Of a stretch of 53,744 nt of DNA, positions 46,224-53,744 are shown piece by piece. Both the position numbers and the translations under genes were made by a program. Source of the DNA: a virus (lineage: Duplodnaviria > Caudoviricetes); the IMG/VR virus record IMGVR_UViG_3300023174_000218, positions 1 through 53,744 of that record. One strand, 5' to 3'. The notes under the pieces are model-generated. The model had not been told where the DNA came from. It ran no database searches and was given only the letters and a program-made list of their open reading frames with translations. Positions within the stretch are counted from its first letter, which is position 1; every line of letters begins with the position of its first letter.

Positions 46224-46682
46224 TTAAAAGATTTGACTCGCTAAGACTATTTGATCTCCATCGCCTTTTGTTAAATTACCAACAGAATCAATGCCACTAA
46301 GGGCAGTTCCTGTGGGGTTTCTCCATTCAATTAACCTACCAGTTTGGCCAGTTAGCCCCTGAACTGCAAATCCAACTGATCCGCTAGTTGTTGGGTAAAC
46401 AACTTGGCTAGTTCCAAAACCAGTTCCCTGAACTCCCTGTATACCCTGGATACCAAAGCCACCAGTCAATCCCTGTGTTCCTTGAGGACCAGCACCACCG
46501 CCAGCGCCTGTAAATCCCTGTAAACCAATTGTACCCTGTAATCCTTGATTACCTTGAACTCCCTGAACAGATACAGAACCAACAGATTGCCAAACGGAGC
46601 CAGTCCAAAGCCACGTAAGACCACTATATGTATATGTGGTTACGTTTGGGGTTAACCCTGATGTTGGAAAAGTAATTGGCAT
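46224..46682 (-). CDS. short collagen-like fibre protein
   Basis: MPITFP...TW.WTGSVW, G-X-Q repeats, C-terminal DGDQIVLASQIF. Confidence 0.7.
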   Translation of the reverse strand: MPITFPTSGLTPNVTTYTYSGLTWLWTGSVWQSVGSVSVQGVQGNQGLQGTIGLQGFTGAGGGAGPQGTQGLTGGFGIQGIQGVQGTGFGTSQVVYPTTSGSVGFAVQGLTGQTGRLIEWRNPTGTALSGIDSVGNLTKGDGDQIVLASQIF

Positions 46683-46713
46683 TTAAAACTCCTTAAATCT
46701 ATTATACATTTGA

Positions 46714-47529
46714 TTAGTAATAAAGAAGTACTACTCCATTACCTCCATCACCACCTCTACCATTTGTTGCTGCACCGCCTCCTCCACCTCCGCCTGCACC
46801 GCCAGTACCGCCATTAATACCAAAACCTGGTGAACCTGCGCCTAAAAATCCAGCACCTCCACCTCCACCACCTGGATTATTAGTGCTACCAATTCCTCCA
46901 GAATAAAAGTCTCCAGTACCGCCTACTCCACCAGTTCCTGTTGTTCCTCCTCCTCCGCCACCTCCACAAATTAAACCTCTACCCCCCGTAAAACCAGTTC
47001 CAAAATTATTTGTGCCCCCTCCTCCGCCTGTTGATACACCGTCTCCGCCATTGTTAAATCCATTTCCAGCCCCAGAAGCATAACTAATTCCACTAGCACT
47101 AGCGGAAGGTGCGCCAGTATAAGAAATAGTTGAGTTTTGATTTGTTGGGGTTGCGACTCCTGCAGCGCCTCCACCGTTTCCAGTAATCAAACTTCCTCCT
47201 CCACCACCAGCCATCACCATTCCGTAAATTGATGAACCACCAACAGCACCAGTACCAACAACCGCTGTGCCAATACCACCAGCGCCTACTATTACTGTAT
47301 TTGAAACATAAGTCCAGCCTTGTGAGTATCCACCAGCTCCACCGCCTCCAGTTCCTACAGTAGTAGAAGAACCCCCTGCACCACCGCCACCAATTACGAT
47401 TGCATAAACTCTTTTAATATGAGATGGAATTGTTACAGATGAAGTTCCAGGGGTAGAAAATGTCTGTTGCAATTTAAGCCCCAAAGGAGTATCACTATAC
47501 TGTGGACTTTGATTAATATCACTACTCAT
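46714..47529 (-). CDS. glycine-rich adhesin-like protein, type B
   Basis: QTFSTPG, GGYSQGWTYVSN, SSIYGMVMAG, ISYTGAP, GNGVVLLYY. Confidence 0.8.
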   Translation of the reverse strand: MSSDINQSPQYSDTPLGLKLQQTFSTPGTSSVTIPSHIKRVYAIVIGGGGAGGSSTTVGTGGGGAGGYSQGWTYVSNTVIVGAGGIGTAVVGTGAVGGSSIYGMVMAGGGGGSLITGNGGGAAGVATPTNQNSTISYTGAPSASASGISYASGAGNGFNNGGDGVSTGGGGGTNNFGTGFTGGRGLICGGGGGGGTTGTGGVGGTGDFYSGGIGSTNNPGGGGGGAGFLGAGSPGFGINGGTGGAGGGGGGGAATNGRGGDGGNGVVLLYY

Positions 47530-47538
47530 TATTACTCC

Positions 47539-48375
47539 TTAATACCATAGAAAAACAGCGCCATTTCCTCCAGAACCTGCTAAGCCTAATGTTGAGGCAC
47601 CACCGCCACCGCCTCCGCCTAAACCACCATTACCACCATTATTTGCTATTGCATTAGCCCCAGCAGAAAGATAACCAGCACCACCACCACCACCACCAAA
47701 ACCAAAACCTGTTCCTGATGAACCTGTGCCACCTGCAAAGAAATCGCCAGTACCACCAGCACCGCCTGTGCCTGTACCTGCTGTTCCTGCTGCTCCGCCT
47801 CCGCCTGTGATTAGACCACGACCTGAAGCAAATGCAGTTACAGTTCCAGTTACTGTTGCTGAACCAGCACCGCCTCCGCCTGAAACACCGCCAACGCTAG
47901 GGCCACCAAGAGAACCGCCACCTGCATAACCAACTGAACCACTTGTAGCCGCTGGCGCACCAGTATAAGAAATTGTTGAAGTAGCAGTTGTTGAAGGAGT
48001 TGCGCCTGAACCTGCTCCTGCCTGTTGTCCGTTTGTTGAACCAGCACCACCACCAGCCATCACCATTCCGTAAATTGATGAACCACCATTAGCACCAGCA
48101 GCCGCAGTTGAAGTTCCAGCACCACCAGTTCCAACAGTTACTGTGTTTGAAACATAAGTCCAACCTTGTGAGTATCCTCCTGCTCCACCGCCTCCACCGC
48201 CACCAGTTGCCTGTGATGAACCTGCTCCACCACCACCAATTACTACAGCCCATACACGGTTAATTCCTGCAGGAATAGTAACTGGAAATGTTCCAGGAGT
48301 AGAAAAAGTTTGTTGTAGCTTTAAATTGTACGGCGAATCAACAAATGATGAATTCTTATAAATGTCTATGCTCAT
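47539..48375 (-). CDS. glycine-rich adhesin-like protein, type B
   Basis: Same blocks as 46714..47529; shares a 42-nt identical DNA stretch with it. Confidence 0.8.
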   Translation of the reverse strand: MSIDIYKNSSFVDSPYNLKLQQTFSTPGTFPVTIPAGINRVWAVVIGGGGAGSSQATGGGGGGGAGGYSQGWTYVSNTVTVGTGGAGTSTAAAGANGGSSIYGMVMAGGGAGSTNGQQAGAGSGATPSTTATSTISYTGAPAATSGSVGYAGGGSLGGPSVGGVSGGGGAGSATVTGTVTAFASGRGLITGGGGAAGTAGTGTGGAGGTGDFFAGGTGSSGTGFGFGGGGGGAGYLSAGANAIANNGGNGGLGGGGGGGASTLGLAGSGGNGAVFLWY

Positions 48376-48384
48376 AGTTGTCTC

Positions 48385-49299
48385 CTAGTAAAAAAGATAA
48401 ATCAATCCTGCGCCGCCATTAGCACCCGAACCACCGCCACCGCCACCAAGTCCGCCAGCACCACCAACTGTTCCTGATGCAGCATTTCCATTACCTGCCA
48501 CTCCTGCACCGCCACCGCCACCGCCGTTTGCGTTTGTTCCAACAGACCCAGTACCACCACGCAAAGGTGCCCCCGTTAAAATGTTTATTCCTGATCCGCC
48601 GTTACCACCAGTACGAAAACCAGTTGAGGTAATTGCTCTCCCTCCACCTCCACCTGCTAAACCTGAACCACCATTACCACCAGTTTCAATTCCTGTTCCT
48701 GTAGTAGCAAGACCGCCACCGCCACCTGAAATACCATTTCCGCCATTACCGCCAGGAATACCAGGAGTAAATGAATAACCCCCTCCTCCTCCTCCACAAC
48801 CAACATTTCCGTTACCAGGCGTTCCTGAAGCACTATTAAAGCCACCAGTTCCCGCAACAATTCCCCAATAATTTGTTCCACCTGCTTGCGGATTTATTCC
48901 AAGTTGTCCACCTGCTCCGCCACCTCCCAATATTCCAGTAGCGGTACTTGGAAGAGCGCCACCGCCAGCAATAACGTTTCCGTAACGTGTATGACCACCT
49001 CCTGAAACACCAGAAGCACCTCCAGCACCAACAATGCAAGATGAAGTTGCAATAGTCCAGCCCCAAGCAATTCCACCTGCACCGCCGCCTGCCGCAGAAC
49101 CACCACCGCCACCGCCAACTGCAATGGCGTAAACCCAGTTAATACCATTTGGTATTATTACTGTTCCAGTAGATAATAAAGTTTGGCGCAATTGCAAACC
49201 ATAAGGAGTAATAGTAGAACCAGTAATAACAAAATTGGATGACGGAAACCAACTTGATACTTGTGAGGATACTTCGCCTTGTTTTAAATGTTTATTCAT
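48385..49299 (-). CDS. glycine-rich adhesin-like protein, type A
   Basis: SQVSSWF, AWGWTIATSSC, TRYGNVIAG, GINILTGA, GAGLIYLFY. Confidence 0.8.
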   Translation of the reverse strand: MNKHLKQGEVSSQVSSWFPSSNFVITGSTITPYGLQLRQTLLSTGTVIIPNGINWVYAIAVGGGGGGSAAGGGAGGIAWGWTIATSSCIVGAGGASGVSGGGHTRYGNVIAGGGALPSTATGILGGGGAGGQLGINPQAGGTNYWGIVAGTGGFNSASGTPGNGNVGCGGGGGGYSFTPGIPGGNGGNGISGGGGGLATTGTGIETGGNGGSGLAGGGGGRAITSTGFRTGGNGGSGINILTGAPLRGGTGSVGTNANGGGGGGAGVAGNGNAASGTVGGAGGLGGGGGGSGANGGAGLIYLFY

Positions 49300-49305
49300 A
49301 ATTTA

Positions 49306-50208
49306 TCACCAGTACAGGTAGATGATTCCTGCGCCACCTGAGCCTAGTGCTGAACCTGAACCACCACCACCGCCACCACCAAGTCCGCCTGCACCGCCAG
49401 TAGTTCCTGAAGCATTTGAACCATTACCAGCGATACCGCCACCGCCACCACCTGCACCATTTGTTCCTGTTCCTGATGTACCTGTGCCACCAGTTGTAAT
49501 AGCACCTGTTAATATATTAATACCGTTACCACCATTGCCACCAATGCGAGTACCACTATTAATTGTTGCTGAACCTCCACCACCACCTGCTAAACCATTG
49601 CCACCGTTACCACCTGTGTTAGTTCCTGAACCTGCTCCCTGAGAGCCACCACCGCCACCACCTGAAATACCTGAACCCCCGTTAATCCCTGCAACCCCGT
49701 TAGTTGCTGAATTGTTACCGCCACCAGCACCCGAACCTGAGCCGCCTATATTTGCTGCGCCTCCTGGTATTCCCCAGTAATTGGTTGAACCAGTACCGTT
49801 TGTTCCACCACTACCTCCACCCCCAAGAACCCCATTGAGGTTTCCACCGCCTGCGCCACCACCAGCAATTACATTTCCATAACGTGTGTAGCCACCTGTA
49901 CCATTGACAGCACCTGCACCAACTACGCAAGTGGGAGTTGCTAAAGTAAATCCCCAAGCAACGCCCCCAGCACCGCCACCAGCGCCAAATGCTCCTGATG
50001 CACCACCACTACCACCGCCACCAACTACAATGGCATAAACAAATGTAATTCCATCAGGAATAGAAACTGTTCCAGTTGAAGTAATTGTTTTTCGCAAAGT
50101 TAATCCATATGGATTTACTAACGATGTATAAGTAGATGTATTAGATGCGGTTGGGTTCCAAGAACTTACTTGACTTCCCGACTCTCCACGTTTAATCGGG
50201 TTGGCCAT
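49306..50208 (-). CDS. glycine-rich adhesin-like protein, type A
   Basis: SQVSSWN, AWGFT, YTRYGNVIAG, NGINILTGA, GAGIIYLYW. Confidence 0.8.
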   Translation of the reverse strand: MANPIKRGESGSQVSSWNPTASNTSTYTSLVNPYGLTLRKTITSTGTVSIPDGITFVYAIVVGGGGSGGASGAFGAGGGAGGVAWGFTLATPTCVVGAGAVNGTGGYTRYGNVIAGGGAGGGNLNGVLGGGGSGGTNGTGSTNYWGIPGGAANIGGSGSGAGGGNNSATNGVAGINGGSGISGGGGGGSQGAGSGTNTGGNGGNGLAGGGGGSATINSGTRIGGNGGNGINILTGAITTGGTGTSGTGTNGAGGGGGGIAGNGSNASGTTGGAGGLGGGGGGGSGSALGSGGAGIIYLYW

Positions 50209-51686
50209 TAACTAAACACCTGCCCTGATATAACACCTTGGTCTGTATCATAAGTTGCTGCTGTAGAAATTGAAGCGCCCTGAATTCCTTGTAATCCTAC
50301 TGGACCTTGTAAACCTTGATAATTTCCGTAAGCCTCAAACCACTCAACACCATCATATACATAAGTTCTACCATCATTAGTATTAACCCAAACCTGACCA
50401 TTATATGGTGGAGTTGGTTGTACAGAGTTAACATTGAATACGCCTTGAACACCTTGTAAACCAGTAGTTCCTTGTAATCCTTGAATTCCCTGAGTGCCTT
50501 GAACTCCCTGTATTCCATTTATTCCTTGAGTACCTTGTGTTCCTTGTATGCCTTGAAGACCCTGAACACCCTGAATACCCTGTGTGCCTTGTGGTCCTTG
50601 TAAGCCCTGTACTCCTTGTATTGAAATTCCTTGGATACCTTGAGTGCCTTGTGCACCGGTAGTTCCTTGGATACCTACAGCAGTGGTAACTAAAATTATA
50701 TTGGAGTTATTACCAAATCCAGTTAGCCCAGTTCCTACAGCAGTAACATAAGTTACTGGAATTTGAACATAATCATTATTTCCAGGGTTAACGTCACCAC
50801 TAACTTTAAAGTGCTGAAGGTTATTTGAATTATTTGCATCTTGAATAAATACATTGTCATTAACCTGTAAAAGGTCTAAAAACATATCTATATCTACGTT
50901 AAGTTGTGTTAAATGATTAATATAAAGAACAGTAGAATTAATTTGAGTACCGTTGTTATATCTTAAATAGCCGTTAGTTGGTTGTGAATTAGATGTGCTA
51001 TTTGCATCTATCTTGTACTCAAAATAACTAGAAGAAACACCGCTTGCACCAGTAATGCCCTGAATACCTTGACTACCAGTTGTTCCTTGAACTCCTTGCA
51101 AACCTTGAGCTCCCTGAATACCGGTAGTTCCTTGGTTTCCATTTACACCTTGTGTGCCTTGCACACCTTGTATTCCCTGAATACCTTGTGTGCCTTGTGG
51201 TCCCTGAACACCTTGTGTACCTACTACTCCTTGTAAACCTGTATAGCCTTGAATACCAGTAGTTCCTTGAGCACCTTGAGTTCCTTGTAAACCTTGAGTG
51301 CCCTGAGTACCTTGTGTACCTTGTGTACCTGTTATTCCTTGTACTCCTTGAGTTCCCAGTAAACCTTGAGTACCCTGTACTCCTTGTGTGCCCTGAACTC
51401 CTTGAGATCCTGTTATGCCCTGTCTTCCTTGCAGACCTTGTAAACCTTGAGTACCTTGTGTTCCTTGTAACTGTGCATAACCAAAGCCTTGAATACCTAA
51501 TATTCCTTGTGTACCTTGAAGTCCTTGAATACCTTGTGGACCAGCTGAACCAATATTAGTAATATCTGGTGAAAGAGGGTCAGGAATAAGATCAGACTCT
51601 ATATATGTAATACCCGGAGCTACATCCGTAATAATAATTAATTCAGTACATAATACACATGTACCGCAACTATCTATACAGCTCAT
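50208..51686 (-). CDS. collagen-like fibre protein
   Basis: Long G-X-Q triplet runs interrupted by a globular domain; GQVW.NT.DG.TYVYDG..W knob; C-terminal DTDQGVISGQVFS. Confidence 0.85.
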   Translation of the reverse strand: MSCIDSCGTCVLCTELIIITDVAPGITYIESDLIPDPLSPDITNIGSAGPQGIQGLQGTQGILGIQGFGYAQLQGTQGTQGLQGLQGRQGITGSQGVQGTQGVQGTQGLLGTQGVQGITGTQGTQGTQGTQGLQGTQGAQGTTGIQGYTGLQGVVGTQGVQGPQGTQGIQGIQGVQGTQGVNGNQGTTGIQGAQGLQGVQGTTGSQGIQGITGASGVSSSYFEYKIDANSTSNSQPTNGYLRYNNGTQINSTVLYINHLTQLNVDIDMFLDLLQVNDNVFIQDANNSNNLQHFKVSGDVNPGNNDYVQIPVTYVTAVGTGLTGFGNNSNIILVTTAVGIQGTTGAQGTQGIQGISIQGVQGLQGPQGTQGIQGVQGLQGIQGTQGTQGINGIQGVQGTQGIQGLQGTTGLQGVQGVFNVNSVQPTPPYNGQVWVNTNDGRTYVYDGVEWFEAYGNYQGLQGPVGLQGIQGASISTAATYDTDQGVISGQVFS

Positions 51687-53236
51687 TAGAACGGTCCTAT
51701 AGGGTTACTAACTTCTGAGTGTGTAAATACCTTGCCGTAAAGATATGTTTTTACTTTATTACTATTTGAAGTTAGCTGTAGATCGTAGTAGGCAACGTTT
51801 GGAAGGTTTGCTGTAACTGACCCTGGAAGAGTCATTGTTAAAGTGTCTACTATACCTCCTACTGTAGATGCACTCTTTGTTATAGTAAATGTTCCAAGAA
51901 TTACTGGACCAACTCTGCTTGCTGGAATAGATGGGGAAAGACGAATTTGGGCAAGTGGTGTGTAAGAGGTAAGGTCCATGGAGAATCTAATAACTTCAAT
52001 AAAGTCATCCCCAGAGTAAAGTGAAAGATCCTTTGAGATAACTGGAGCACTTGGAGAAATATCGCCATAGTTTGGGAGCGATAGTGAAACTCTTTGTGGA
52101 AGAGATGCATCGTCAATTTCTTGAGGACGATATACAGGAATGTAACGATTACTCATACGGCTAATACGGCGAAGAGTCATTACTTCAATACGATAAAGAC
52201 CTACACCAAGCATAACGCAAAGTTCTCTATATTGTTCTTTACGTGTTTGAACCATCTCTGTAAGCTGGCGATAACGTTCAGAACGTGGTATAGAAACTCC
52301 GTCTGGAGAAATAATATCAATATCAAATGCTGAGTCGTTAGCTAAGGTATAAAGAGCCATAGTTGAAGCTAGAAGAATTACTGGGTATTCTTCAATACCG
52401 GGCAATCTATTTAAAGTAGTAAGGGAGCTCCCATTAGTATCTGATTCATTACGGCTATGTTCTAAGAAAGCATTGTTAATATAATAGTAAATTTCAGAAT
52501 CTGTAAAATAACGGTAGGCTGTACCGGAGATAGTAATTACCGCATTGTTTGTTGGGGCCACTGCCAAGGTTAAAATACCTATGCCTTCTTCTATAACTGT
52601 TGTAGAAGAGACGTTAAAGGTTGCAGATAGACCTGAAGCCACTGCTGAGGCGCCAGTTACTGCGACACCAGTGACAGCATTGGTTACTGTAAAAGATGTT
52701 GTAGTTCTAGAGGCTACTATCACACCAGTTAAATTAAACGGGGATGAATACGTACCTGTTGCAGTTGAAGTTGCTCCGGTAACAGTAGAGGTAACTGTAA
52801 AGCTAGTTCCGGCATTTACTGCCAAAATAGTCTTTGTACCATTAAAACCAGTTGTGGTAGAACCAGATATGGTAATTGTTTGGCCTGCTGAAAGACCTGT
52901 TGTTGAAGTTGTTGAATAAGTTACAACAGAGCCAGAACCCGCAATAGCGGTTATAGAAATAGAGTTAGTTAATCCAGTAATATTTACAGTTTGTCCAGCG
53001 GTTAAAGAGTTGCTAGAAGTATAGGTAACAGTTCCTGAAGTAGCTGAGGCAGCTGTTACTGTAGATGTAGATGTTGGGACAGCCACTGTAATAACTAGGC
53101 TACTGCCTAGAACTGGAGCTTGACTGAGTTGAAATCTAGTTGTTAATCCATCGCCTGTATAAGTGTCTACAAAAGAACGTGGGGTATCGCCAATTTCGGA
53201 CCGCAATCTACTTGCGAGTTCTGATAAGGTGGCCAC
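51686..53236 (-). CDS. head-tail adaptor/neck protein with inserted beta-domains and C-terminal BppU-like domain
   Basis: L...LRSEIGD, YFTDSEI, DI.SPDGVSIPRSERY.QL; C-terminal GDDF...YYDLQLT...TYLYG. Confidence 0.65.
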   Translation of the reverse strand: MATLSELASRLRSEIGDTPRSFVDTYTGDGLTTRFQLSQAPVLGSSLVITVAVPTSTSTVTAASATSGTVTYTSSNSLTAGQTVNITGLTNSISITAIAGSGSVVTYSTTSTTGLSAGQTITISGSTTTGFNGTKTILAVNAGTSFTVTSTVTGATSTATGTYSSPFNLTGVIVASRTTTSFTVTNAVTGVAVTGASAVASGLSATFNVSSTTVIEEGIGILTLAVAPTNNAVITISGTAYRYFTDSEIYYYINNAFLEHSRNESDTNGSSLTTLNRLPGIEEYPVILLASTMALYTLANDSAFDIDIISPDGVSIPRSERYRQLTEMVQTRKEQYRELCVMLGVGLYRIEVMTLRRISRMSNRYIPVYRPQEIDDASLPQRVSLSLPNYGDISPSAPVISKDLSLYSGDDFIEVIRFSMDLTSYTPLAQIRLSPSIPASRVGPVILGTFTITKSASTVGGIVDTLTMTLPGSVTANLPNVAYYDLQLTSNSNKVKTYLYGKVFTHSEVSNPIGPF

Positions 53237-53294
53237 GGATCCTCCAGGTAAATGTTATATTAATTATCTATCAAAAATTATAATAAATCTGCAT

Positions 53295-53340
53295 AAAAAA
53301 GGCCTCACTCCTACAGGAGGGCGGTTGTAGGAGTGAGACT
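53295..53340 (-). terminator. Rho-independent terminator with a long stem
   Basis: CTCACTCCTACA-ACCGCCCTCC-TGTAGGAGTGAG-GCC-TTTTTT. Confidence 0.8.
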
Positions 53341-53357
53341 ATTAGACCTTGTACGGT

Positions 53358-53720
53358 TTACAAACGGTCGTACAAGTAACCTTTTTCTTTTAGGTGATTT
53401 GCTACAACCTGTGAAACTTTGTACTTCTTGCCCGCTTGGAAAGAGTAGTGGTTGCCTGCTCCTATTGTCATCATTTCAAGGTCTTCTGCAACACGTACGA
53501 CAACTGAGTCGTCTGCGAGGCTTACGCCGAGATCTTCAACCTCATCAATTACAGTTGGTACAGAAGTTGTAAGATCTACAATCTCTGTAGCATCACGGTA
53601 ATCTTTTGCCGCTGTTGCCATAGACATTTCGCCAGCACGAGCTGCGAGAGCTTCTGCATTGGCCTTAATTTGTTCTTCTCTTTGACGTCCTGTGACGTCA
53701 GTAACTTTTGCTTTTGCCAC
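53358..53720 (-). CDS. hypothetical virion-associated protein
   Basis: AGGAG SD; C-terminal G..YSF.AGKKYKV...VA.HL.EKGY, of a type often found after capsid genes. Confidence 0.65.
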   Translation of the reverse strand: MAKAKVTDVTGRQREEQIKANAEALAARAGEMSMATAAKDYRDATEIVDLTTSVPTVIDEVEDLGVSLADDSVVVRVAEDLEMMTIGAGNHYSFQAGKKYKVSQVVANHLKEKGYLYDRL

Positions 53721-53744
53721 GATGTGTATTCTCCTGTTAGATAG

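Noticed and set aside
42317-49642. Many alternative-frame and plus-strand ORFs (Pro-rich, Val-rich, His/Gln-rich) over the Gly-rich genes
   Set aside because: Shadows of GGN-rich codons; no SD and fully nested in better-supported minus-strand genes.
42330-50208. Shufflon/invertible cassette or diversity-generating retroelement
   Set aside because: All paralogs are full-length, same-strand and have their own starts; no recombinase, reverse transcriptase or adenine-specific TR/VR pair was seen in the window.
50230-51545. 9-nt periodic repeats resembling an array
   Set aside because: Explained by collagen G-X-Q coding; there is no repeat-spacer structure, so it is not CRISPR.
1-53744. Stop-codon reassignment to explain the split genes
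   Set aside because: TAG, TGA and TAA all terminate well-defined genes, and conserved genes are uninterrupted in the standard code.
1-53744. tRNA or rRNA genes
   Set aside because: Intergenic gaps are short and no cloverleaf or T-loop consensus was recognised by eye.

Overview
This window is a fragment of a large tailed dsDNA phage with a contractile tail (myovirus). It most likely infects Actinobacteria (two WhiB genes, apparent leaderless mRNAs) and resembles low-GC freshwater actinophages. Essentially every real gene is on the minus strand, many coupled by TAATG/ATGA overlaps. In transcription order (right to left) the window holds: neck/head-tail genes; collagen-like fibres with seven paralogous glycine-rich adhesin-like genes; a second fibre with a Cys-ladder tip and accessory enzymes; head closure; four tiny Lys-rich proteins; tail completion, sheath, tube, chaperone (likely +1 frameshift), tape measure-M23, hub, spike, gp25 and baseplate J; a tail gene apparently split by a 3.1 kb fibre/adhesin cassette; and a replication/recombination module (initiator with candidate origin, DnaC-like loader, DnaB, primase, SNF2 helicase, SSB-like protein, PolA, RecA, resolvase, Cas4-like nuclease). 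The most striking features are the modular fibre-adaptor-adhesin system, the split tail gene, the mirror-symmetric 12-Cys hairpin, a small beta-domain inserted (even nested) in four structural proteins, and hairpins displaying anti-Shine-Dalgarno loops. All assignments come from motif recognition by eye; no searches were run.
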